Numbered from the stretch's first letter, positions 9,590-18,946 are shown. The stretch is DNA of 64,000 nucleotides from a virus (IMGVR_UViG_3300025707_000003:141704-205703), one strand, 5' to 3'. Program-made: numbers and translations. Notes: generated by a model from the sequence alone, not told the origin.

Positions 9590-10117
9590 CTACCCCCCAA
9601 TCCTCTTTATTGCACCTAAAACCCTATGATGCTCTTCATCACTTAACTTAAATAGATTGTCAAGCACATCACTTGAAAGACCCTCAAGCCCATAAAGAGC
9701 AATGACCTCCTCTCCTGTCATTTGCGGATTAGAAAAGCACTCTTGCTCGACTCTAACCTTAGACCATCCAAACATCTCCATACACACCTCTTTATGTGGT
9801 CTAAACACCTTAACTTTAGGTTCTACTTTAGGTTCACGCTTAAATGCTGAACCCCAACCATTAAGCTCATGTACCAAGTCGGTGTAGTTCACCTTAGCCC
9901 TCTTCAAAACATGATGATAAAAAGAAATGCTCCCCCAATCACTCATTTCAAAGAACTTCCCGTCATAAGCTCCGCTACCTACCCTCTCTTTTAACCAACC
10001 ATGTATGTGGTTAAAGGTAATATCTGGATATAGGTCTATAAAGTTAGGGTGGATCGTATACACCTTTGCATAAGGCATTATCTGATTTGCATCGTGTGAG
10101 TATCTTATCAAACTCAT
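9590..10117 (-). CDS. Hypothetical protein
   Basis: 175 aa, RBS AAAGGAG, promoter motif upstream. Confidence 0.75.
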   Translation of the reverse strand: MSLIRYSHDANQIMPYAKVYTIHPNFIDLYPDITFNHIHGWLKERVGSGAYDGKFFEMSDWGSISFYHHVLKRAKVNYTDLVHELNGWGSAFKREPKVEPKVKVFRPHKEVCMEMFGWSKVRVEQECFSNPQMTGEEVIALYGLEGLSSDVLDNLFKLSDEEHHRVLGAIKRIGG

Positions 10118-10150
10118 ATCGGTTCTCCTTTCAAGAGACTTATATTTAAG

Positions 10151-10183
10151 TCTCCTTTCAAGAGATTATAAATAAGGGGTTAC
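10151..10183 (-). promoter_or_regulatory. GTAACCCCTTAT promoter motif
   Basis: GTAACCCCTTATTTATAA followed by TCTCTTGAAAGGAGA. Confidence 0.75.
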
Positions 10184-10286
10184 AAACTCGAACCCAAAAA
10201 TCACAAACCCAAATAATATACAGAATCACTTATCCAACATCGCTTTTTCAAAAACGCTCATATATAAGACCCCCCCCTCTCTGGAC

Positions 10287-10559
10287 TTAACCTTTATACA
10301 TAATCTTGTAATCATGCTCCCCCATACGCTTGTATGACTCAATCTGCTCCGCATTCGCTTGCTCTATCTCATCCGAATCTCCCCAAAGAGTTAGCTCTTT
10401 GCCCCAATATCGCCCTAGATTCAAGTATTCAGAAGAAGTCATTTTTAATAAGTCTTCCACAGCTTCCTGTTTGGAGACTGGTAGTTCCAAGCCATGTCTC
10501 TTTATGTATTCTTCACAAGTCATTTGTCTTCCCTGTATTGGTAAAGGTGGTTGAAACAT
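10287..10559 (-). CDS. Hypothetical protein (start uncertain)
   Basis: 90-aa ORF without a strong RBS at the first ATG. Confidence 0.5.
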   Translation of the reverse strand: MFQPPLPIQGRQMTCEEYIKRHGLELPVSKQEAVEDLLKMTSSEYLNLGRYWGKELTLWGDSDEIEQANAEQIESYKRMGEHDYKIMYKG

Positions 10560-10599
10560 GGTTATAGATCAAGGGATGTCAAATTGTATGCGTTTTCAA

Positions 10600-10632
10600 T
10601 ATGGGTTTTCGGGACTCCCCCAAAAACCCATA
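10600..10632. other. Intergenic hairpin at a GC-skew switch
   Basis: TATGGGTTTT (10600-10609) pairs with AAAACCCATA (10623-10632), plus an inner GGG/CCC. Confidence 0.7.
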
Positions 10633-10695
10633 GAGTCTTTGATGGGGTTCTGAGAGAATGTTGATTAACCCTGTCTTTGAGGGACGAGAAGACCT

Positions 10696-10713
10696 TTATA
10701 TTCAAGGGGTTAC
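10696..10713 (-). promoter_or_regulatory. GTAACCCCTT promoter motif
   Basis: GTAACCCCTTGAATATAA immediately after the stop of 10713..11339. Confidence 0.6.
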
Positions 10714-11339
10714 TACTTCGCATCCGTATCTTCCTTCGGCTCGGTTTTCCCTTTTAGCTCGCTTATTTCTTTTAGGAGCTGATCACGCTCTGCTTTCAAG
10801 TGACTATTATTTTGGTAGTATGCGTTGAGGTGGTTGATCATGGTTTCTTTCGGTACGCCCTTCTTCTTGAGATGGAGGTCTTGAAGGGTAACACTCTGCC
10901 ATGTTCCGTTTGGGTTCTGACATTCAGCGAAACAAACTACAGAGACTACCTCTCCTTGCACCACTTCGCCAGTATAGGATCTGTAATAGTATATGTCTCC
11001 TGCTCGTGGTAGGTCAGAGCTTGAGAGCTTGGGGTCGGTGTGTACCTCTTTTGGATGAGGGGTCTTAGTAGGAATGTTTGGTTCGGAAATAGGCTCTTCG
11101 ACTGGTTCGGAATTATCTGGTTCCGAAGTCTCACTCCAAACGACAACATCCCCAAAAAGATCTAAGGGGTCTGCTTCGGCTGGGTTTCTAATCATGTCAC
11201 CGTCAAGAATAAAGTCTCCGTTCTTAATGCATTGGTCGAGGACCATCTTAAAACGAGCATCGCCCATTCTTTTAACGCCCAACTCCTGCTTCGCTACCTC
11301 TTTAGCCTTCTTGATCGTCAGCCCTATGAGTGCCTTCAT
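10713..11339 (-). CDS. Hypothetical protein with Pro/Glu linker
   Basis: 208 aa, RBS GGAGGG, coupled to the upstream stop. Confidence 0.75.
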   Translation of the reverse strand: MKALIGLTIKKAKEVAKQELGVKRMGDARFKMVLDQCIKNGDFILDGDMIRNPAEADPLDLFGDVVVWSETSEPDNSEPVEEPISEPNIPTKTPHPKEVHTDPKLSSSDLPRAGDIYYYRSYTGEVVQGEVVSVVCFAECQNPNGTWQSVTLQDLHLKKKGVPKETMINHLNAYYQNNSHLKAERDQLLKEISELKGKTEPKEDTDAK

Positions 11340-11773
11340 AGCTCGCCCTCCATACCATCGCCATAGTCGTCATCATCTAGGGCATAGTATTCATCCTCAT
11401 CATCGGCACTGTCAAAGTCGAGCATCTCCTCGACCATCTTCTTTAAGATCTGTGCTTTGATCGTTTGGTGGTGGGTTACCTCGACTGAGGAGATGCCATA
11501 GTGGTGTGCCATGTCCTTGACCTCCTCATAGTTCTCAAGTTCCTCTATGAATGACTTAGCCCATATCTTCGCATCGCTCTCACTTAATCTCTCACTGTGA
11601 GCTTCGGAGATAAGGTCTTGTAGGTGTCCACAGTTATTAGCGTATGTCGTCATATTACTAGTCTCTACTTTCTTGCCATTCATCATAGCTCGCCATCGTT
11701 TGTATATCCTCATTAAACTGCCTTCGCAAGAGGGAGGTCTTAGTTCGGATAGTTTGGTGATCTCCCCATCCAT
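11336..11773 (-). CDS. Hypothetical protein, acidic C-terminus (true start may be a downstream Met)
   Basis: 145-aa ORF; 5' end overlaps 11658..12032. Confidence 0.65.
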   Translation of the reverse strand: MDGEITKLSELRPPSCEGSLMRIYKRWRAMMNGKKVETSNMTTYANNCGHLQDLISEAHSERLSESDAKIWAKSFIEELENYEEVKDMAHHYGISSVEVTHHQTIKAQILKKMVEEMLDFDSADDEDEYYALDDDDYGDGMEGEL

Positions 11774-12032
11774 TTATTTGATTTGGGTCATGATCCTCAC
11801 CCCAACCTTGAGGGTTCTCTGATCGTAGGTTGATCCAAGCTCCAAGAGCTGACTCATATTGAGCCACCTCAGTGCTGAACTTACTGACCTCTGCCACCCA
11901 CTCGCTAGGGGTAGGAGGAACATCAAGATCAGCAAAGGCTCGCTCGATCTCTCTCCACTCCCCACGAAAAGGTTGGGGTAGGCTGTTTCGGATGGTGGCG
12001 TATTGTGCTCGTTGTTTTTCTATGGTCGTCAT
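11658..12032 (-). CDS. Hypothetical protein
   Basis: 124 aa, RBS AAGGAGG, promoter motif upstream. Confidence 0.75.
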   Translation of the reverse strand: MTTIEKQRAQYATIRNSLPQPFRGEWREIERAFADLDVPPTPSEWVAEVSKFSTEVAQYESALGAWINLRSENPQGWGEDHDPNQINGWGDHQTIRTKTSLLRRQFNEDIQTMASYDEWQESRD

Positions 12033-12052
12033 GTTGACCTCCTTCTACACCT

Positions 12053-12072
12053 TTATATAAATAAGGGGTTAC
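12053..12072 (-). promoter_or_regulatory. GTAACCCCTTAT promoter motif
   Basis: GTAACCCCTTATTTATATAA abutting the stop of 12072..12713. Confidence 0.75.
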
Positions 12073-12713
12073 TACTTCGTATTGCCCTTATGGTGAACGA
12101 TGCAGTCATAGTGTACCTCCACCATAGACCCTACACGCTTGATCTTCTTCACCCCTCGCTCTTCTAGCAACTCGACTCTATAGTAGTTGCGACCCCATGC
12201 TCCCCCTGCCCCGATGACCTTAGCTCGTGTGCGTTGTCCACCACCACCTGGCGTACCACTGAACACGATCTCATCACCGATCTTGATCTCACTCTTGTTG
12301 GGTCGGTTATCAGAGACCCAGTCCAACCGAACCAACTTGAGGAACCAGTTGCCAAGATGAGCATCGTTATGAGACTGGGGCTTATCGTGTCCTCTCCATG
12401 TCTGATAAGGGTAGGTTATAGAGTTTGTACAGTTGCCATATAGACTCACTGTAGACGCTCCATCCTTAGCCCATGTCAAGGTGAGGAAGAAGTCGCCAAA
12501 CCCCTCCTTTCGGAGTACGAGATCCACCTCACCCGACAACTCAATGGCAGGTTTGGGGATCACCTTAAACCCTATCTCCTCTGCTAGATCAGTGAAGAGC
12601 TTGATGTGTCGGTCATACCACGACTGCATAGACCCTTTGGTCTTGTATGCAGTCTTGTGATGAGGTGTCGGGATCATCTTGCGAACCCCATTGATCTTCT
12701 GAGTTAAGGTCAT
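12072..12713 (-). CDS. Hypothetical protein with C-terminal SH3-like beta domain
   Basis: 213 aa, RBS AAGGAG; IKIGDEIVF...RAKVIG...YRVELL. Confidence 0.7.
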   Translation of the reverse strand: MTLTQKINGVRKMIPTPHHKTAYKTKGSMQSWYDRHIKLFTDLAEEIGFKVIPKPAIELSGEVDLVLRKEGFGDFFLTLTWAKDGASTVSLYGNCTNSITYPYQTWRGHDKPQSHNDAHLGNWFLKLVRLDWVSDNRPNKSEIKIGDEIVFSGTPGGGGQRTRAKVIGAGGAWGRNYYRVELLEERGVKKIKRVGSMVEVHYDCIVHHKGNTK

Positions 12714-12735
12714 TAGCAGTCTCCTTTTATTACAG

Positions 12736-12788
12736 TACCCTATAAATAAGGGGTTACCATTAGGCTGTAACCCCTTATTTATAGGGTA
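12736..12788. promoter_or_regulatory. Divergent promoter pair forming a perfect 22-bp inverted repeat
   Basis: 12736-12757 is the exact reverse complement of 12767-12788 (GTAACCCCTTATTTATAGGGTA); 9-nt spacer. Confidence 0.85.
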
Positions 12789-12825
12789 ACATCAATCACT
12801 CTCACTCCCCCAAACGGAGAAAAAA

Positions 12826-13419
12826 ATGACTGCGACACAAACCATATTCTTTATATCAGCACTCGTGTTCGTTGGTACCAGCATCAACGCAGGTAAAAAG
12901 GCTTTTGAGGGCAGGGCTGTTTACCACAGCCAATGCTCAATCAACCCTAATCCTGTGCAGTACCAGGGTCACACTGGGACAGTGAGTGTCCGTAGGTGGT
13001 GGTATGTGGATACTGTCACATTTGCTCAGATCAAGGCTAATAAGGCACAGCATAAAATTTGTGAGAGCGTGAAGGTTCTCATGTCGAGTGAGGCTGAGGT
13101 TGCTGAAGCTGAGAGGCTTCAAGATGTCGCCAATAACTGGATCATCTTCTTCTTCGCTTGGCTTGGTCTGGGTGTCTTGATTGAGCTTGTGAGGGTTCAG
13201 ATTGGCAACAGGCGGGAGCGTCTTGACCGACTCAACGCTGAAGCAGAGCGAGATCTTGAAGCATCAGCGAGAACTGAGTTCTGGGTCTCTTATGCGACAG
13301 CTAAGGAAACTGAGCGACAGAGATCTAAGACAGCTAATGAAGAACGAGCCAGACGAAAGGCTGATAGGGGAGCGACCCTTGAAGCTAAAAGGATTGCAAA
13401 CCTAGAGCGTAAGGGATAA
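12826..13419 (+). CDS. Two-TM membrane protein with C-terminal coiled coil
   Basis: N-terminal hydrophobic segment, second TM WIIFFFAWLGLGVLI, RBS GGAG. Confidence 0.75.
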   Translation: MTATQTIFFISALVFVGTSINAGKKAFEGRAVYHSQCSINPNPVQYQGHTGTVSVRRWWYVDTVTFAQIKANKAQHKICESVKVLMSSEAEVAEAERLQDVANNWIIFFFAWLGLGVLIELVRVQIGNRRERLDRLNAEAERDLEASARTEFWVSYATAKETERQRSKTANEERARRKADRGATLEAKRIANLERKG

Positions 13420-13423
13420 CGAA

Positions 13424-14011
13424 ATGACACTAAGAGAACAAATCCAAACACGAGCCGAGATTCTAGGTCAGTTAGGTGGTCGAGGCACCCTTATGACCCA
13501 AGAAGAGTATGTACTCGATAAGGGTGCTGAGATGGCTTCTAGTGAGACTTTAACAGAGGAGCAGTACTCGTACCTCAAAATGATCACAGGAATGATTGAG
13601 TGCCTCCCTAAGCAGTGTTTCCATAATGCTCAGATGATGACCCTTGCCGACAGCTACCGAGTCCACCAGAGGGTCAAGTATCACGAGGGCTATGTGTGGA
13701 CTGGTTTTATGCCTATCCTCCATGCGTGGATCACCCTTGACGATAAGATTGTTGATGTGACTCTTAGCACTGACCCAGAGTCTACTCAACGCTTCCTTGC
13801 AGGAGATTCGCCACAGGGAGACTTGATGGACAGGGTGCTTGGAGTGATCCCAGATGAGTGGGAATATCTAGGTGTGCCTATGGAGAGTGAGTATGTAGTT
13901 TCCACGATGATGAAGAATCAGGAGTCCCGTTCACTCATCGACAATTGGCAGGACGGATGGCCTCTACTTTCTAAAGTGAGTTCCTCTTTAGATACGAATA
14001 CGAGGTCGTAA
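13424..14011 (+). CDS. Putative papain/transglutaminase-fold protein
   Basis: QCFHNA...YHEGY...HAWIT...IVDVT gives a Cys-His-Asp pattern. Confidence 0.55.
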   Translation: MTLREQIQTRAEILGQLGGRGTLMTQEEYVLDKGAEMASSETLTEEQYSYLKMITGMIECLPKQCFHNAQMMTLADSYRVHQRVKYHEGYVWTGFMPILHAWITLDDKIVDVTLSTDPESTQRFLAGDSPQGDLMDRVLGVIPDEWEYLGVPMESEYVVSTMMKNQESRSLIDNWQDGWPLLSKVSSSLDTNTRS

Positions 14012-14023
14012 CCCCTTATATAA
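14008..14023 (+). promoter_or_regulatory. GTAACCCCTTAT promoter motif
   Basis: Its TAA is the stop codon of 13424..14011. Confidence 0.75.
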
Positions 14024-14061
14024 GAGTAAATATCAATCACCCACTTCTCAACGGAGACAAC

Positions 14062-14496
14062 ATGGTAAACCTACTCTCAACAATCATCATCCTCGAAGCT
14101 TGCAAAGGCTTTGAGACTTATGACGAAACCTTTGATCGTATGATCCCGACAGCAGGTGCAGAGATCAAATCTTTGAGCTTCGATATACACCCCTCTTACT
14201 TTGAAGATGAGGACTATAACGCCATCGCACCACTCGCACTGAAGGTGGCTACATACGATGTCATCTGTGATCCGAAGGATCGAGAGGCAATCGTGGAAGC
14301 AATCGCCAAAGGCTTTGAGGGTGTGTCGGATCATGTGAAGCTTTTCAGCATCAAGATGACCTCAACCACCAAGACTTTTTGGAACGCTCGTAAGGGTAAA
14401 GCCACCACTCATAAGAGCCACCATCAACCTCAGCTTGTAATCACTTATAGCGAGGACATGAGAATCAACCTCAAGGATCGTGAAACGAACTTCTAA
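14062..14496 (+). CDS. Hypothetical protein
   Basis: 144 aa, RBS GGAG, promoter motif upstream. Confidence 0.75.
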   Translation: MVNLLSTIIILEACKGFETYDETFDRMIPTAGAEIKSLSFDIHPSYFEDEDYNAIAPLALKVATYDVICDPKDREAIVEAIAKGFEGVSDHVKLFSIKMTSTTKTFWNARKGKATTHKSHHQPQLVITYSEDMRINLKDRETNF

Positions 14497-14549
14497 GATG
14501 TCGTAGCGTTCAGTGAAGGGTCTAGGCTAGGGTTGCTCCTTTAATGCTC

Positions 14550-14831
14550 TTAGAGGGCAATCTGAGCGTCCTCTTTGACCATTACTAAACGATAGGCGAA
14601 CTTGAGCCAATCCTCTGCATTGTTCCCCCCTTGCCACATGAGGAGTTGTACCTGCTTTTCATGTTCTCCCCAGTCAACTAAGGTCTTAGCATTAAAGGTC
14701 ATCCATCGATTTCTCAAGTCTCGGTAATGACCTCTTGCTAAGTCTTCCCACATTGGAAGCCAGCTTGAGCGTGTCTCCCTTGACTTACGAAGCAACTGGA
14801 TAAGGTCGGTGGTAATCATTTCTCTAGTCAT
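14550..14831 (-). CDS. Hypothetical protein
   Basis: 93 aa, RBS AAGGA. Confidence 0.65.
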   Translation of the reverse strand: MTREMITTDLIQLLRKSRETRSSWLPMWEDLARGHYRDLRNRWMTFNAKTLVDWGEHEKQVQLLMWQGGNNAEDWLKFAYRLVMVKEDAQIAL

Positions 14832-14896
14832 TTTAGTGTCCTTGAATCATATTTAAGAGTACCTATTTATTATATGATTTGGGCTACTAAGGACTC

Positions 14897-15439
14897 TCAA
14901 TAACTGATGTCTTTATGAGCTGGACTACTCTTATTGATCTTCTTACGACAGATGGGGCCGATAGCTTGCTTTAAGCTCGAAGGGTTAGTGAGGGGGAGAG
15001 CACATCTCGCACACTTGGCTTCACACATGATCTGTAGATTATCGGGCATCTCGAAGTCTTGGTCAGTAGATACTCCTAAGAGCCAGACGAGGGTTTCGTA
15101 GCCGATGTCGAGTCGGGGCTGATTGAGGTTCAGTCCGCATTGGATTCGGAGCGTACCTCTCTCATCGACTGTCCCGATGGTCTGATACACAGGGTCATAC
15201 AAGCTGTTAAGTCCATGTAGGTTAAGGCTCACTTCAACAGGTTCATTGACGGTCTGCCCCTTTAGACGAGTCGCCTTGTAGGTGAGGTGATTGTCCTTAC
15301 GCTCGTTGCCGAAGGTGAACACCCAGGACTTGGTTCTCTTGGACGGAAGGGCGACACCGTTATGGTCATGTGTCGCCCCGAAGAAAGGGGCTGTAAGGTG
15401 AGCGAGGAACTCACTAGGTTTTATCTCGACTTGCTTCAT
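14897..15439 (-). CDS. DUF6011-like zinc-finger protein (paralog 1)
   Basis: Start MKQVEIK at 15439 with RBS AAGGAG; CARCALPLTNPSSLKQAIGPIC. Confidence 0.75.
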   Translation of the reverse strand: MKQVEIKPSEFLAHLTAPFFGATHDHNGVALPSKRTKSWVFTFGNERKDNHLTYKATRLKGQTVNEPVEVSLNLHGLNSLYDPVYQTIGTVDERGTLRIQCGLNLNQPRLDIGYETLVWLLGVSTDQDFEMPDNLQIMCEAKCARCALPLTNPSSLKQAIGPICRKKINKSSPAHKDISY

Positions 15440-16011
15440 GGGTTCTCCTTTTCGATTAGTGCTTCGACCTCTATCAGAGCCTTGTCTACCCATGAGGGGG
15501 TCTCAGTCTCGTTGTGGTCTTTCAGAATGGATAGGTTCTGGTGGAGGTTGTAAGGAAGGAAGCTATAGTGATGTAAGGCTTGTTTCCACTCTTTGACCTC
15601 CAGTGGAGGAGAGAGGTCAAGGTCGTAAGCCTGATCCTCAAGAAGATCTCTTAACTCATCCTCTCGCTCGTCCTCATCCAAGTTTGGATCAAGGGTAGCC
15701 TTAGCCACTTCCTCATCAAACCATGAGCGTTTGACATCCCAAGGGTACACTCCATCCATGAGACAACACTCGCACAGTTCTGGGTCCGCTTCGTAGTCGT
15801 CATATCCGACCTGAAACATACGCCCTATCCGACCTTCTCCGCCACACTCTTGACACTCTACAGCGTCTGCGTAGGATGAGGATTGGAGGCGAGCCTTAGC
15901 TTCTTCGAGTGAAGCCTTAGCTGACTTCAACTTTTTGAGGTCTTGTTGGATCGCCTCAGTGAGTTGCTCGGAGGTGAAGTTTAGGTCTTGAAGTGAGGGG
16001 TAGTAGCTCAT
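15436..16011 (-). CDS. Hypothetical protein with CxxC...CxxC zinc ribbon
   Basis: CQECGGEG...CECC, RBS GGAG. Confidence 0.75.
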   Translation of the reverse strand: MSYYPSLQDLNFTSEQLTEAIQQDLKKLKSAKASLEEAKARLQSSSYADAVECQECGGEGRIGRMFQVGYDDYEADPELCECCLMDGVYPWDVKRSWFDEEVAKATLDPNLDEDEREDELRDLLEDQAYDLDLSPPLEVKEWKQALHHYSFLPYNLHQNLSILKDHNETETPSWVDKALIEVEALIEKENP

Positions 16012-16073
16012 GTTGGCTTCTCCATTTGGGAGTGATGGGGTGCGTGATTATTCTGCACCCCTCTTACATAGTC

Positions 16074-16091
16074 TTATAGATAAGGGGTTAC
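16074..16091 (-). promoter_or_regulatory. GTAACCCCTTAT promoter motif
   Basis: GTAACCCCTTATCTATAA, followed by a 7-bp stem-loop at 16037-16061. Confidence 0.75.
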
Positions 16092-16253
16092 GACTTCGTA
16101 CTTAGCTCACTACAATAGCATCACACCACCCTAGATTTCTCGCCCCAGGGTAGTAGGCATCGAAGTCAAAGGCTCTGCCCGAAGATAGACAAAGCCTCAC
16201 GATCTCTTAAATGCCCCTCTAAGAGCCTCCCGACCCCCAACCCACCCTAGCCC

Positions 16254-16778
16254 TTAGACCCCTCGACTTACCTTGCTCGATGAAGCCTTCTTGCGACATA
16301 CTGGCCCCATGCCATCGTCCACACTGTCTGGGTTGGTGAGCTTCTTAGCACACCGACAGCATTTAGAAGCACCCTTGATCTCAAGAGCGTCTGGAAGCTC
16401 CACCCCATTGTTGAGCTTCGTGATAAGCCACACGAGGGTACGATCTGCCACAGTCTTGCGATCAGCATCTACCACGCTCTTAGGGCTTGCCTTGTAGAAC
16501 CCTCTTGGGCTGACCGAGCCGATGAAGCCGAAGTCTGAGGAGTTATCCTTGCCGACCATGAGGTCGATGAGGACAGGGCTTTCAACAGTCCACCCACGAG
16601 GGCGGCGAGCCTTGAAGGTGAGGTGGGTATCACGCTCGTTGTTGTGGAGCGTGAATGTCCACGCCTTGCTTGAGGTTGATGGGAGAGCCTCGCCCGACTC
16701 GCTGTGGGTGTCCTTGCCACCGAAAGGGGCGAGGAGAGCTGGAAGGAAGTTGTCGGATGTGATGTTTACTGTGTTCAT
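16254..16778 (-). CDS. DUF6011-like zinc-finger protein (paralog 2)
   Basis: LMVGKDNSSDFGFIG, CCRCAKKLTNPDSVDDGMGPVC; full-length similarity to 14897..15439. Confidence 0.8.
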   Translation of the reverse strand: MNTVNITSDNFLPALLAPFGGKDTHSESGEALPSTSSKAWTFTLHNNERDTHLTFKARRPRGWTVESPVLIDLMVGKDNSSDFGFIGSVSPRGFYKASPKSVVDADRKTVADRTLVWLITKLNNGVELPDALEIKGASKCCRCAKKLTNPDSVDDGMGPVCRKKASSSKVSRGV

Positions 16779-16833
16779 TTTGTTCTCCGTTTGGGAGTTA
16801 GGGTTGGTGAGGATTGCTCCCCTTACACTATCC

Positions 16834-16850
16834 TATATTTAAGGGGTTAC
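16834..16850 (-). promoter_or_regulatory. GTAACCCCTT promoter motif
   Basis: GTAACCCCTTAAATATA upstream of 16778. Confidence 0.75.
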
Positions 16851-16871
16851 AGCATGGACTAATCGTTGCTC

Positions 16872-17687
16872 TTAGATGTAGCTCTTAGCCTCTACTCCTG
16901 TGGATGACTTGACGATCTTCTCAAGATGATCCATCATGCGAGGTGCGATCTCAAGAGCAGACTTACCACTGATACCGTTAGGCAAGTTATCCCCCTGTAC
17001 ACCTAATCCGATACCGACTAGTTTGATACCTTGGGCTTGGGCTTGGAGTCTCATTGATTCTAAGTAAGCCTTCTCGTAGTCTTCACCATCAGTGAGGAAA
17101 AAGGCGATCTTATGAGTAGCATTAGATTTAGACACCATGTCGATTGCAGTTTCGGCATAGCAGACGATACTTGTCCCACCACTGCAACGCTTATTACGAA
17201 GCCTATCAGGATTATCTCGTTGCCATTTATCACCAAGACCTTTGATCATGTTAGCTACAGGCTTGTAGCTTGAACTTGCCATAGGGACATCTCTATCCCC
17301 ATAGGTGTACATGACTAGGGCAGAGCTTGAGTCAACCCCGATTGATTGACATGAAGTATGGAGTCCATTTATGAGGCTGATACACTCATTCCAATAGTTT
17401 CCACTAGGAGTAGTATTGCTATAGTTCATGCTGTCGCTCCCATCACAGGCGAAACTGAAAGCCGCTCTCACTTGTGGCTTCTGATACATCTTGATGTGCC
17501 GATCTTTATTCACTTGTCCAGTTCTTACGCTTACAAGCGTATTCACTAAAGCTGTGGAGCGAGTGTTGAGTCTCGCACCTATGAAGTTTTGACCAGCCTT
17601 TTGGTTAGCAACCTCTAAGGCTCTGCGAACCTTATTAGTGCCTCGACCAAGAGCCGAGAGGACTTTGGTGTCATATTGGTTTGGCAT
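16872..17687 (-). CDS. vWA domain protein (CobT C-terminal-like)
   Basis: MIDAS DGSDS, GGTS, FFLTDGE; RBS AAAGGAG. Confidence 0.85.
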   Translation of the reverse strand: MPNQYDTKVLSALGRGTNKVRRALEVANQKAGQNFIGARLNTRSTALVNTLVSVRTGQVNKDRHIKMYQKPQVRAAFSFACDGSDSMNYSNTTPSGNYWNECISLINGLHTSCQSIGVDSSSALVMYTYGDRDVPMASSSYKPVANMIKGLGDKWQRDNPDRLRNKRCSGGTSIVCYAETAIDMVSKSNATHKIAFFLTDGEDYEKAYLESMRLQAQAQGIKLVGIGLGVQGDNLPNGISGKSALEIAPRMMDHLEKIVKSSTGVEAKSYI

Positions 17688-17715
17688 TGTCTTTCTCCTT
17701 TCGAGAGTTAATAGG

Positions 17716-17731
17716 ATAGATAAGGGGTTAC
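17716..17731 (-). promoter_or_regulatory. GTAACCCCTTAT promoter motif
   Basis: Lies in the 62-bp gap between the peptidase and vWA genes. Confidence 0.75.
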
Positions 17732-17749
17732 TTCGTACCCCCCAAATGA

Positions 17750-18919
17750 TTAAAGGAACTTCCGATAGATCGGTTTAGATCCATTGGGGATATAAAGCTC
17801 ATGGTCTAATTGCTTTTTATTCTTATTGACCTCTTGCTTCATTGCACTATTAGGATCAAGTGCTTTACCCTCACCGTCTAAGAGTCGTTTGATGTCGTTG
17901 AGGCTCATGGGAGACTTACCTGCTTCTTGTTGAGGCTTGCTATCATCCCCTTGCTCATTAGGCTTGTTATCATCCCCTTGCTCATTAGGCTTGGTTGGGT
18001 CTTCACCCTTACCCTTACCTTTACACTTACCCTTGCCTTTACCCTTGCCTTTACCTTTACCATCTTCGGGAGGTGGTTCTTTCAGCATCTTATGAAGAGC
18101 GTTGATGACCTCGACAGCGACATAGACAGGAAGGTGAGCCGAAGACTCCCAATCAGTGTTTTTTGGATTAAGCTCAGACCATATAGGTTTGAGGTAGTCC
18201 ACCAAGTCTCTAGCCTCTTGCTTGTACTCAGCATAGACAGCTTTTGACTCATCGGAAACCCAACCCTTCCCACTGTCTCTAAGAGCCATGAGAAAGTCAC
18301 TAGGAACTTCCTGTCCTCTCCCTTCAGATTCAAGCTCATGACACCAAGTTTGGATTGCATGAAAGCGATGTTCGACCTCTGGATAAGAGAGTGCCATTCC
18401 TGGTTCAAGTCTCATATCAGCAGTCACATTAACCCATTTAGGGAGGTTAGACTCATGGTATGGGATCTCCATCTCTAAGTGGCGACCAACATGAGTGTAA
18501 AACTCAGCAAAGGTAGGGAAGCGACCATTCGCACAATCACAGATGGCATGACCTGCTTCATGGATTCCACCACCGACACCTGCGGAAGCATTGATTGTGG
18601 TCACACCTGCGGCTGAGGGTGCAGGGAGGTACAAAGTCGCCTTCTCTGGCCCACTCTGAAACTTATATAATGCGTCTTGATAGATCGCCTTTAACCACTT
18701 TGCTTTATCAGACGAGTCGAAGTCTTTCCCTCTAACATTTTGAATAGCTCGACCAAAGACGAGCCAAGGGAAGGATGCTGAGATAGCGAATGTGCCACCT
18801 TGTCTCTGCACAGAGATACCTCTCAGCATTAAGGTAAGAGCCTCGAACGCTCCCTTAGCGAAGCTCAAAGGATCTCTTTTAGCATATTGTGATGGGTCGT
18901 GGTTTGTATCCATATTCAT
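17750..18919 (-). CDS. HExxH metallopeptidase-like protein with low-complexity C-terminal linker
   Basis: GIHEAGHAICD, NVTADMRLE, then GKGKGK repeats and two KPNEQGDD units. Confidence 0.75.
   Translation of the reverse strand: MNMDTNHDPSQYAKRDPLSFAKGAFEALTLMLRGISVQRQGGTFAISASFPWLVFGRAIQNVRGKDFDSSDKAKWLKAIYQDALYKFQSGPEKATLYLPAPSAAGVTTINASAGVGGGIHEAGHAICDCANGRFPTFAEFYTHVGRHLEMEIPYHESNLPKWVNVTADMRLEPGMALSYPEVEHRFHAIQTWCHELESEGRGQEVPSDFLMALRDSGKGWVSDESKAVYAEYKQEARDLVDYLKPIWSELNPKNTDWESSAHLPVYVAVEVINALHKMLKEPPPEDGKGKGKGKGKGKCKGKGKGEDPTKPNEQGDDNKPNEQGDDSKPQQEAGKSPMSLNDIKRLLDGEGKALDPNSAMKQEVNKNKKQLDHELYIPNGSKPIYRKFL
17941..18060 (-). repeat. Coding tandem repeats (27-nt unit x2; Gly-Lys hexamer run)
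   Basis: TATCATCCCCTTGCTCATTAGGCTTG at 17941 and 17968; (ttacc/ttgcc)-type hexamers 18003-18060. Confidence 0.8.
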
Positions 18920-18946
18920 CTCCTGTGAGTTTATTTAAAAGTGAGA

